Source of the DNA: Podarcis liolepis | Lineage: Eukaryota | Reading direction: 5' to 3' (one strand) | NCBI GenBank assembly: GCA_965112155.1 | Contig: OZ218098.1 | DNA: 64,000 bases | Shown here: piece after piece, positions 52,301 through 63,775 of the stretch | How the letters are laid out: each line of letters opens with the position of its first letter | Position numbering within the stretch: position 1 is the first letter of the stretch | Position numbers and translations under genes: made by a program | The notes under the pieces: model-generated | What the model was told of the DNA's origin: nothing | The model's input: the letters and a program-made list of their open reading frames with translations, nothing else | The model's database searches: none

Positions 52301-54267
52301 AACAAACTCAGTGCTTCTAAGCATATACAGAATTGTGCTACATGTCTTAGGTCTCATGGGGTAAAAATCTTCACAAGCAGGGACCAAACATGTGCTGCTT
52401 CCTATGGGATAAGATATGGGGTGGAATAATAAGCTCCCCAATAGAACATTCTGGCCCTGGAGTAAAGAACACTGATATTTTTAAGTAGAGCATGTAGGGA
52501 ACTAGTTTATGCTGAAACATATCTTCTTTCAATGGTACACTTTTATTTTTACAAAGTCAATATAACTAGTTTCAGACTTGTATCTCTGCTTCTCAGACTA
52601 CTGACAAATTATAAATCACTGCCTTATTTAAATGCAGATTGAGCAATCATGAATTAGCAGCAGCCAAGCAGAACCACGTTATGATACAGGTTTATGACAG
52701 TGCATGCAACCAGTGTAACAAGTCCCTGCTTTAAATCTTGTGTCCCAGTAGGAAATTATATTCGAGATCTTTTTACTTCACCAACTGCTCCATTCTAAAC
52801 ACATTGAGGCCACAGTCCAACATCACACTGAATTCAGTGGCATAATGACATATGTCTTGAGTAAATTGTTATACTGGGCAGTAAGAATTTGACACTATGC
52901 TCATGTGTTGAGCAGATGAAGCGCAAAGCATAGGATCCAGCATTGAGCAAGTTGACCCTTGTTCTTTTTCTCCATTACTGAGGCAGCCTTCGGCTCTGCT
53001 GCTGTGTGGTGCTAAAGAAAAAACTATTTGCTACACAGGAGTATTGTACAAAGAGGGTGTGCCCCACCCCCACCCCGGAAAAGCTAGAAAGTGGGGGACA
53101 GCTGCTATCAGGCAAGCTCTTTCTTTGTGGTTTCATGTTTCAAAAACACAGAATTCTATCAGCTGAGAGTGTGGCAAACAAACAGATTCCCTTGTCCATT
53201 TAGCAAAAATGGTATTGCCACTGTATTTGTATTGCACAAGCCTTTGCACCACAACAGCTATGGGTGTGGGGAGGAGAACAGGATTGAGCTGCCTTTGGGT
53301 TTATTATAATTAAGGAATCCATCTCCAAGTATTGTGTTTAAAATAGGGTTTAGTCTTTGGGGCCTTCTTTCATAAGAATATAAGTGTCTATGATGCTCAA
53401 TCTTACATAAATGAAAATAAATTTTGGTTGACTACTACTTTTGAGAAAAATATTTTCTTGTTTTCCTAGTAAGATGATAAGGACCTATATTCAGAGGAGC
53501 TTCTAACACTGTAATGCAGAAGGAAAACAACGCCCAAGAAACTTGTGCTGCTTGTTCTCTGCATGCGTTTCTTTGTGTCCATAGCCCAGTTTTCACATCT
53601 TCCCGTCTTATGTGCAGTGTCTAAAGGAGGGAAGGGGAACCTGCAGCCCTCCAGATGAGGCTGACTCCAGCTCTCATGGGCCCCAGGTAGCATGGCCAAT
53701 AGTCAGGAATTATGGAAGTTATGGGAGCAACATCTGGAGAGCCATAGGTTCCTCCTCCTTGATCTTGAAGCCATTCTGAAAGTAGGTCACCCCACAAGGG
53801 CTGAAGCTACAGACCCTTAATACAGATTACCCTTTTTTGTAAACTTGAGGGGAAATTATATTTATGGGAACTTTAAACAGCATTAGCATAAAGATGACAA
53901 TTAACTCCAATAACAATTATAGCATTGTGTTTCAATCTGGGAGCATTTTAAGTAACACTGTGTTCAAGCATGTGCTTTTTATCTTCAAACAGATAAGAAT
54001 GCACAATTTGTTGTTAAGAATCCTAGAATACTTGGGATAATATTCCTTGTTTTGTAGTACTTGCAGTTCTTAGCAGAAACACCGAAGCGGGAGAAAACTG
54101 CAAAGATTGCAGGGGAAATAAGCTAATAGCGTGTGGGTGGGGGCCAAGGAAGAAAAGGAAAATATCCTACTCTGGAAAATTATATTTATGTCTAGGAGTA
54201 TGAAACAGGAGACATTTTGATTAACTCTAATAACAATTTCTTCCGTAGATTCTTACATTAAATTGGT

Positions 54268-54582
54268 ATAGGCTATTTGCACCTCAGCGTATAAACAGCT
54301 GGCCCTTTACTTCAACGTGAAAATTAGCTTGATACCTGGGTGTCATAACCTGGGACAACCGTGAATGTCATGACCTAGGAACTATTCCGAAAACATTAGG
54401 AATAAGTTAAGAAGCTCAGCTGCCAACTCTCACAAGTCATAGTATTCAAAATGTCAAAAGACAAAACTACAAAGCAAAAAAGAAATAAAAAGGCAGCAGT
54501 AAAGGATCTACTAGACTGGAGTGTCTATGTGGCACTAAAAAGTCTGGCACTCTAAAGATACAACATTCCCCACCTTTCACTA
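54268..54582. repeat. Dispersed direct repeat, copy B (with ~85-bp insertion)
   Basis: Colinear with 45653-45879. Confidence 0.85.
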
Positions 54583-54615
54583 TCGTTAAAAGTTTAACTA
54601 CCTTTAAAAACTTAC

Positions 54616-54636
54616 CTCTTCCTCTGCTCTTTCCAT
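54616..54636 (-). CDS. MIA2: Alternative cTAGE5 first coding exon, MERAEEE
   Basis: ATG GAA AGA GCA GAG GAA GAG|gtaagt, a consensus phase-0 donor. Resembles the remembered human cTAGE5 isoform start MELKTPEEE|VVAALP. Confidence 0.65.
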
Positions 54637-55331
54637 TTACGAACCAAGTATAGTAATCACATAAAAGTTACGTTTAAAAAATCTGTAAGAATAATTAAAT
54701 TATCTCTAGTTTCCTAGTTGTTTATCCAGATAACAAGAGCTCCCGGTAGCTTATGTTTCCAAATGGGAAAGAGATCCTGCTTTGACATGTATGCGTTTAA
54801 GGAAGGGGTGCAAAAGGGAGGTTAATGACAAGCAACTTTCTTCCAGTATAGTATTACAGTAGTCAGGTCCTTGTGAAATATCAGATTAGTCGCAGCAAGT
54901 ATTTAAAAGGTATTGCTAAACAGATGCTTAGGTAACACTTTTTCTTTTCTTTTTTTACAAGTACGGTATATGACTCAGCTGAAAATATTACCTTATCAGA
55001 CTCACAAACGACAAGGCCTGAAAGCTGGACTTGAAAGGAAATACAATACATATATGCTACCTGTATGGCAGCGCTGGTTTCTTAGTAATTTCTATTTTTT
55101 CATGTAATTGTATACTTGTATTTAATACTAAGGCAACTTCACTTAACTAAATATGGATAAATTTGCAAGATGCAGCATACATAAAACACAAGTTGAATTG
55201 AACTTTGTGGGTCTTATGTCCAAGTAAGCATGTTTCAGTTCAGGCTGTCAAGTCATTCTTCAGAACATACACTTTTAATCTCTTACGGTTAAATTTTAAG
55301 GAACCCCGGATAAGAGTTATTTATTTCATTA

Positions 55332-55710
55332 GGTAAAGGTAAAGGACCCCTGGACGGTTAAGTCCAGTCAAAGGCGACTATGGGGTTGCAGCGCTCATCT
55401 CGCTTTCAGGCCGAGGGAGCCGGCATTTGTCCACAGGCAGTTTTCCGGGTCATGTGGCCAGCATGACTAAACTGATTCTGGCAACGGAGGACCATGATAA
55501 GTGCCAGAGCGCACAGAAATGCTGTTTAACTTCCCGCCACAGCGGTGCCTATTTATCTACTTGCACTGGTGTGCTTTCAAACTGCTAGGTTGGCAGGAGC
55601 TGGGATAGAGCAACGGAAGCTCACCCCAGTGTGGGGATTCAGACCACCGATCTTCCAATTAGCAAGCCCAAGAGGCTCCATGGTTTAGACCACAGCGCCA
55701 CCTGTGCCCC
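55332..55710 (-). mobile_element. Sauria SINE (more diverged subfamily)
   Basis: Same architecture; TSD tatttatt(t/c)catta. Confidence 0.9.
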
Positions 55711-55972
55711 TATTTATTCCATTAATGTATGATGAAGCTGCTGCAGCTAGAAAGATTCTGAAATTTTAGAGTCCTCTTATTTCTGTCAGGCAGTTAAAGC
55801 TTGTACATTTTCACCAACTCCATCTGAATTACCACATTTTTATTTCTATTTGCATAAATTTCTATCATATCAAAATGACTCAGGATAGCTACAATGTATT
55901 CTTCTTTCATTTGACCTATACACTAATAGCTCTGTGATACAGGTGAGGCTGAGGGATACCAACTTGTGCAAG

Positions 55973-56749
55973 CAGAGCCATCTTTCCCATAGGGCTTAGT
56001 GGCTCGTTGTGCCAGGGCGCAGCCTCTCAGGGGCGACCCAGTGAGTGGGGGAGCTGCACGGCTTTGCCAGTGGCCTCCCCTTTCCCTGCACGCTGCCAGC
56101 TGCGCCACGCCATCCATCTTTCCTTCCTACCCACATCGGCCCGCCCCCCTCTGTGGGCGGGCGCATTGGCGCTGCTGCTGCTTGTGCTGCTCCCACAAGC
56201 GCGCGGCGGCGGTGCGGGCGGTGGTGGATGAGGAGCCACTCCTCGACTCTGAGGCAGTGGCCGAGGACAGGCCGCTGCCTCCTCTGCCTCCTCTCCCTCG
56301 GCCACAGGAATCCCCTCAGCCACCACCCACTGAGCAGCTGTCATTGTCGTCGTCTGAGGGAGCGGTGGTGGTGGGAGTGGCTCCCAAGGGGCCTCCTCCG
56401 TGTCACCGGTGCCCACCGCTCCACCACCACTCCCCGGGTCACAGGCAGCGGTGTGGCAACCGCCTCCTGTTCCTTGGGCCACTGGGCAGCAGCTAGAGTG
56501 CCAGCAGCGGGCTGTCGTCAGGCAGCGGATTAGGAGGAGATGCCCTGGAGCCTCAGAAGCGAGCGCGGGCGTCTGGCGGTCTGGCCAGCCACACCGCGTC
56601 CACCACATCAGCAGTGTTTTCTGAGGGTGGTGGCTCCCAGAGCTATGAGGTGGTCCGCGAGTTGGGCCCCAAGTTCTAAATTCTGGAAAAGGGAGGGGCA
56701 CTAGAGGGATTTTTGCACCATGGTGCCGGATATGCTTAAGACAGCCCTG
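55973..56749. mobile_element. Non-autonomous hAT (Tip100-like) element with GC-rich interior, inserted in an old SINE
   Basis: TIRs CAGAGCCATCTT / AAGACAGCCCTG; perfect 8-bp TSD tgtgcaag. Confidence 0.8.
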
Positions 56750-57295
56750 TGTGCAAGGTCACACTGATTAGCTTCAGAGTTGAGCACAGATTTCAGCCGG
56801 ACCTCTCCCATCAAAACTCATCACTCTTGCCTTTTACAAAAGAGTGATAACTCTGTGGGCTCTCAGGAAGCTTTTAGGTATTTTCTACCTAGAAAATAAA
56901 GTGATGAGCCAAGGATGACTTGTCATCTACTGCTTCCTCATGTCATCTACTGCAAGGGGTTCCTAGTGTTTTAGCCAGGAGACCTACACAAAGAATCTGC
57001 TCGTGTTACAAGGCTCAGAACAAATTTAAAATGTGATGCAAAAAGCACATACTCCTACATATGTATGCAAAAATGAAATGCCTCCCTAGGAGGCACTGTG
57101 CACTCTTGTATGCATTGATATGAGAATTCAGGAGGCTCCATACAACACTACTGCTGACCTTAAAAGCGCATTTTCCACTCAAAGAATTAAGGGCACTCTA
57201 GTTCTTTACAATTAGATCTTTATCCCTTCTACCCACTGCAGGCCAAATTTAACAGGGAGATAAGGAACGGTTCTTAGTGAAATCACAGGAGTCAG

Positions 57296-57730
57296 TAGAG
57301 ATGGAAGGACCTGTCCATTTCATTTCTCTCAGTTTCTAATTTTTTCAGTATTAAATTTAGTCCTACACATTTCTGCAGTGATTTGCAATTCTTTAAAAAC
57401 AAACCTCATAAAAACACATCAGCATTTCAGTGCAAATCTCTCCTAATACACATATTATTGTATGTAGCTTTGACTAATAATATTCATTTCTGCAAGCATT
57501 TTCTCCTAATATAATGTATTTTGTTTATAATGCATTCAGTTTTAAGGACACCTTTACCCCAATATATGCATTTTTGCACACATTACTTGCCCAGACAACT
57601 GCATCGCAAAATCCAGATAAGTGCAAATTTGAAAGGATGGCTGCATTTCAGTTCTCATATTGTTTCAGAAAGTGTGAATTTGATAGATCCTCCTTTAAAT
57701 GCAAGCTGAATCAAATTTCTCCCCCATCTG
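57296..57730. mobile_element. Degenerate hAT-like non-autonomous element
   Basis: tagagatggaagga...tctcccccatctga imperfect termini with an AT-rich interior. Confidence 0.45.
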
Positions 57731-57935
57731 AACTTGCAAACATTCATAACTTCCGTCCATTCCTACTTTAGATCAGGTTCAGTGCTATTTGAAAACTACA
57801 GGGAAGTGATGGGAGTGAACTAGCAAATGCAAACTTAGGAGGAATTTTGTGCTTAAATATCAAATAAAATGTTTCCAAAGCTGTAACTAGTGCATTTTTA
57901 TGATTATTGTAGAAATACAAAGTAAATAAACGTAC

Positions 57936-58030
57936 CTTTTTACTGGTAGATGCCATCACTGAAAATACAGATGTTATAATGGCACAGAAGTCATTCAAAT
58001 GCAGGATTATCTGAAATAGCCATTCTCTTT
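57936..58030 (-). CDS. MIA2: MIA2 exon 6 (95 bp), hydrophobic segment
   Basis: gaaacag|...AAG|gtacgt; encodes EREWLFQIILHLNDFCAIITSVFSVMASTSKK; phase 1 to phase 0, fitting the common exon. Confidence 0.85.
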
Positions 58031-58134
58031 CTGTTTCATGAAAAAGTAGAGGAAGAGAGAATGAGTATTACAATATATCTTCTTTACAGAATACTACATG
58101 TAATTACAGTTTTTAGATTAATCATATTCCTTAC

Positions 58135-58362
58135 CATTACTGATAGTATAGTTATGAGTCACTAGATTGTTCTCTGATAATTTTCTTTTTGAATTTGGCT
58201 GATGTTGACTATTTTTGGCTGAAGTATGTATTTTCTTCTGTGTATTTATTGGAGGCACATTATTTGCTTCTGTATGTTGGCCACTGTTAGGTTCTTTATC
58301 CAAATTCAAGTGATGTTTTTCTTTAGGATGATCGTCAGGTAATTTCCCATTATTGGTCATAC
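58135..58362 (-). CDS. MIA2: MIA2 exon 5 (228 bp)
   Basis: acttctag|GT ATG ACC...AAT G|gtaagg; phase 1 to phase 1, open frame GMTNNGKLPDDHPKEK... Confidence 0.8.
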
Positions 58363-59316
58363 CTAGAAGTAATTGTAAAAGTGGTATCATGTTTATTTCC
58401 ACCTGATTATCCATTTTTTTCCTGCATGTCAATTCCCAGGATCCCTATTCATATCTCATTGTCAATTCAATCATTAAAGTTCTCTTGTACTACAGTCCCC
58501 CAACTTACAATTAGAAATATTAAAATCAGGGAATACACCACCACATCAAAGCATGGCTAATGAAATGAGTCAAGGAAGCTCTTGGAGGCTAGAAAGGTTC
58601 CTTCATAAACCTTAAGTATTGTATGAATAAGGAGGGGGGAAGGAAACACAAATATTGGCAAAAGAAATGCAAGCAGAAAATAAGGAAGAAAAAAAGCATT
58701 GGATCACATCCCTGAAATTATTAAGACTCACAATTTAAAATTACTGCATTTAAATGTGTTAGAAGCAGGAAACTGGCTAGGGTGGAGATGCAGACAAGCA
58801 TGACTGATGGAATTTGAACCTGATCACTTCTGGAAGCCTTTTTATATCAATTTATTAATGTGACAAGGAATATGTTATATTTTCCATTCTTATACTGAAG
58901 ATGAAAATTTAAATATGGCTTTTCCTTATATAATAATCTTATTTAGTAAACTGTAATGGACTAAAATCCAGATATGTAAGCAACAACCAAAAAGCCTTTT
59001 GTTACTAGCCCTACCAAACATGTATCTTCTGAGATACTATTGTTGCTGTGGGGCTGTTGCATCCTTCCAGCACCCAGCCATTTATTCTACTGATAGAAAA
59101 TGAATGATTCTCTTTTTGTATTTTCGGTTCTATATTTTATTTCCTGACAAAGCACAATACAACTTGGTATTATCCTGCTGTTGTGTAAGCTTATAATGGG
59201 CATCAGCTCTATAGTTCATTTTATACTGGGGGGAAAATCACATCATCCCATCGGTCAGACATTTTGCTTAAAAAAAAAAAAAAGCAAAGTGTGATATTGT
59301 TCTTGCTTTGTTAACT

Positions 59317-59322
59317 TTTATT
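59317..59322 (-). terminator. Candidate intronic poly(A) signal behind the giant exon
   Basis: TGA TAATAAA, then CA about 24 nt downstream, then a T14 tract. Confidence 0.55.
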
Positions 59323-59343
59323 ATCAAAACAGTGGTCTGGTAC

Positions 59344-62300
59344 CTGATTCTGCCTTTTGGATTTCACATTTGTTTCTGATGTCCAGCACAAGACTGTGCA
59401 GTTCTGGAGGTAAATTCACTTTATCCTTCAAACACTTTTCATGTCCACTGTTTAATTTATTTTCATGTTCCACCAAAGTAGTCACTTCTTTCATTTCCCT
59501 GCGAATATCTTCACATGGAAAAGTGGTGATATCACGGCGAAGTTTTTCAAACTCTTGCTCTAGTAGCTGCAGTCCATGCCTTTCACACATATTTGCTTCA
59601 AGTATCCTTTTAGACTCCTCAACAAACTTGAAATAAAGTTCCTGTAATCCACTGAAGGAAGTGGCTTCTTTCAGGTCCAACTCTGTATCAGGTGTTAATT
59701 GACCATTTTGAACTATTGTCTCCTGATTTGCAGATCTGTCATACTTTTGGTTGTAATTTTTTGAGTCTGCAGCGACAGATTTTTCCTGGATGTTGCTGTC
59801 TCTTTCCCCTGGACCCTGAGATCCCTCTTCCTTAATTTTAAAATTATCTGAATACCTGATAGCTTTTGTGCTCTGAACTTCACCTTTGTCTTGTTCAAAG
59901 TCACTTCTCACTATATCAGCCTCCTGCCTCTTTGCCTTAATCTCTGTTCCAATAATATTTCTACCATCTTCATATTTTTTAGCGTCTTCATCGTCCTTTT
60001 TTTTAAATGGCTCTCCAAGAAGCCGTGATAGTTTACCAAAAATGTTACTCCCGACACCTCCTTTCTCTGTCTTGTCACTTGTGCAATCTATATTCTTGCA
60101 TCTTAGTTTTTTCTCACTATCTTTACCTGTTTTGCCTTTTTCTTGACTATCTCTTGCATGCCCAGAATAAGCTACTTTCTCTGCATGGTTTAGATTTTTA
60201 GGAAAAGGAGAATTTAAGTCATGTGCAAATGTTTCATCGTGATGATCTTTAGCTAAATGGTGTGTGTCCATGCCATCTTTAGCATGTGGAGGGATAGGGT
60301 CCATATAATCATCCACAGGCTGAAGATGATGTGATAAATGTTTGCTAGGATTAATATTATTATCTAGATTAGATGTATCACGTCGCACTTCTAAGTGCTG
60401 GACCGGATTTTCACAGGCAGGACTTGTTCCAACTACAGTATATTGTTTCTGAGGTAAACTATTAAAGTCAGTTGTTGCTAAACCGTCTTTAGGTTTTATG
60501 TCAGTTATCTCTGAAGTTGTGTATGCTATTTGTTTCTGATACTCAGGCTTAGTTTCTTCAGTATTTGGAATGCTATCTATTTTTTTATGCTGAGCTGAGA
60601 TTCTAAGCTTCTTCACTTCTAAACCCGCAGTTAAATGTTGTTTTCTATCATGTCCCTTCTGACTTATACACTTTTTGTCAGGTACTAAGCTCATAATATT
60701 GGTACTCTGACAGTCAAGGTAGGAAGATGATACTTGTTCACCTTTTAACTCTTCTTTATCTTCCTTCTGATGTGTCAGACTTGCACACATTTGAGGTGAG
60801 TGAACACTTTTCTTGGAAAAAGTGCCTGAGGAGCTAGGATAAGGAAATACACTTTGCTCTTGCTGATCTATTAATGAAGCATCACTAACTTGAGCACTAT
60901 CTAAATATTCTTCTATTGCTTTTGAGTTTTGTTCCTCTTCAACACCTTTTTTACCTATCTGCACTTGTGGGCCCTGAAAGCCTTTCTTCTGCACACCGTA
61001 GGCGACAGAATCATAATTCGGTATGCAGCTGCTGTCCCCGGAAATCTCCTTTTCACTTTGAAAAACTTCCTCAGACAGTGGAGATGGTCCTTGATTACTT
61101 GATGTATTTTGCTCATTGTGTCCTTGTTTGCCTTCACTAAGTTCTGAGATATGCTGTGAAAAATGAATTTGTTCTTTTGCACTTTCTTGAGAAAACAAAT
61201 TCTTGCCTACCTTAGTAACTACACTTTGGTTCATCTCATCTTCAGCACTGGGGTTGATATGAAAATAATCTTGGATGGCACGAGAGGGGACACTTTCTAT
61301 ATTTTTAACATCAGGAAGTTTCTTTTCATCATGAGAATCTATAACATTATCTGCCCTTATATTGTTGCTTATACGTTTTTTTGAATGTAAATGTGGCACT
61401 GGATCTGAAACTTGTATTCCTTTCATAACATCTGTATAACCTATGACAGGAGTATGACTACTCCCATTCAAAACTTTTGAGACTAAACAATTATTTTTAT
61501 TAACATTGCATTTGCTAGATTTGGAATCTTTGTTAATAGCCTTATACTGTTGTTGTGGTAGTCTTCTTACACTGTATGTTAATTCTGGTGCTTCATGTTG
61601 TTCTGTTAAAAATGGATTCTGATCTTTTGTATTAAATTCTCTGCTCCCTTGGATAACTCTCCTATCTTCATCAAGAGGTATCTTATCTTCGCCTGGAATG
61701 TTCTTTGATTTGGAAAAACTATCTGAATGTTCATTCAGCTCCTCAGAAAATAGTGCTTGTTCAACATTATCTGGTCTGATTGCTTTCCCATCATGTGGCT
61801 CATCTTCTCCTAGGATAGATTTTTCATAGGAATATGTTTCACTAATATAATCGTTTCGCTCTGCCAAATCAGCTAGCTTTTGTAGCTCTAAAGAAGACTG
61901 TTTGGCCTCTAAGTTACGGACATTGTTTTTATCTTCTGTATTGGAATGGCCTTGTGTGTCCAAAGGTCTTCCATACAATTTTTTTCCTGTACATTGACCA
62001 TTGACCTGGTGTTCTAACTCTATAGATTTTACTGACAGAGGATGTGGTGTATTATCTTTCGCCTGTTCTTCACCCTGTCTTTTTCCTCTACTTTCTTCAC
62101 TACATTTTACTGCTAAAGAAGACAGCAAAACGTTTCCCTGTGTAGTATCAGCATCTCTCTTTTCTGGCACCTTTTCAGTAATATTCTGATTTTCTAGTAA
62201 TTCTTCTTTGCCTATTTGTAATACTTCCTCACTCTTTTTAAATTGGGTGCTTTCCTCACTAGACTTTAGATTATTGTGTGCATGCTGAGCATTATTGGTT

Positions 62301-63775
62301 CCTTCAGATATAAAACTCTGAAAATTCAGTACACTTGTAAAATAACTAACAGAAAATAAAGATTTCTGGTTTTTAGGACCCTCATGATTTTCTTCCTTTG
62401 CAGTACCTTGACCTACACTATATGATAACTGATCTACAGCTGATTCCTGTGGACTCCCAACAGTTACATACTCATGCCCTGGTTGATTATCTGATGTAAC
62501 CCTATTATAATCAATCAAACTGTTATACATACTTTCATACCAACCTGACTGGTCTTTTGTTCTTTCTGACTTCTTTGTTACAGCTTTAATTTTACTGTTT
62601 TCCATAACTTGGTTGTCTGGTATTGAATCCTGTTCTGCATAGGGAGACTTAAGTCGTTTATCACCAAGCAAAGGTGATGGACTTGCTGCATCCTCTACGT
62701 CTGCATGTTCATCTGCTAACTGCATATCAGAATCTGTTTTTCTAACATGTATGCCTGGGGCTTCTTGGACATATTTTTCTTTCACTTGTTCTTCGTAAAG
62801 AGTAGGTTCAGCCGCTTGCTTTGGGGTTTCTTTAACAATTTTTTCTTCGTCTCGTTCTTCATAGGGCATCAGTCTGCCTGTTTGCTTTCTCAAGCCATCG
62901 TTCATTAAGCTTGATTTTTCACTTGGACGCTGTTCTTCATCTTGATCTGCTTCTCCTCCACCTGCAAGCTTTTCTTTGTCTGCATTTTTTTCAGCGTAAC
63001 GAAAAGGCAAAATATCACTGAATTCCAAATCAAACCAGCTTGATTCAGATTGTTCGGAATTGCTATGTTCTTTTATTCCTTCTGATGCGGTAGAACTGCC
63101 ATGGTGGCCGGCATTGCCAGCAATGGTGGAGCTGTCGTGGATTTCTGGATCATTTTCTTTGTACAGCAGATCAAGTTCTGATTTGTCACTTCCAAGATGC
63201 ATCAAATCTGTGAAAGTACTTTTAAACCAGCTGCTGGAGCCTTGTGGTGCTGTTTCACCCTCTTCATTTAATTTTTTTAAGCCACTATCATCAGTGATTG
63301 CTATTTTCCTGCGCCTGAATGTAACTTCTTCTGTTTTCTGTGATATTTTTCTGACCGCCTCCTCATTTTCATTACTTCCCAAGCCAAGCCAGCCAACAAA
63401 ACCAGACACAGTCCAGGCCGACTGAGTTGGGACAGCTTGCGGAGTCTGACTAATTTGGTCTTCTTCCGGAGTAGTCTCATCTTGTCTAGTCTCCCTGTCG
63501 CTGAGTTCTGTATCACCGTGGCTTGTAGTTTCCAGCGTATGCAGGTCTTTGTATTTACTGTCAGATTCATGACTGTCAGTAAATTGTTCTTTATATTCAT
63601 TTGGGTAAGAAATACCTCCAAGTTTCAAGACTTCGTCTTCAGGCATTTCAAATTTGGTGTCTTTTTCTTCTGAGTACGGAGGTATATATTCATTTTCTTT
63701 GTCATAATGATTAAGTACGCTGTCTTCATTTTCAAAAACATATTCCCCTCCATCAATACAAAGGAAATCAGTTTC
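59344..63775 (-). CDS. MIA2: MIA2/TALI giant luminal exon (human exon 4 equivalent), 4,432 bp
   Basis: Acceptor tttag|GAA ACT GAT TTC CTT TGT (ETDFLC, cf. human ESDFLC after the SH3 domain), in frame with ORF 59324..63646. Motifs FRRRKIAITDD, SWFKSTF and SWFDLEF resemble human MIA2. Donor TCAG|gtacca, phase 1. Confidence 0.88.

Noticed and set aside
55999-56701. 165-224-aa ORFs as a separate gene
   Set aside because: They lie inside a TIR/TSD-bounded element, are low complexity, and show no recognisable domain.
59370-63673. Plus-strand and alternate-frame ORFs within the giant exon
   Set aside because: Shadow ORFs of the real coding frame.
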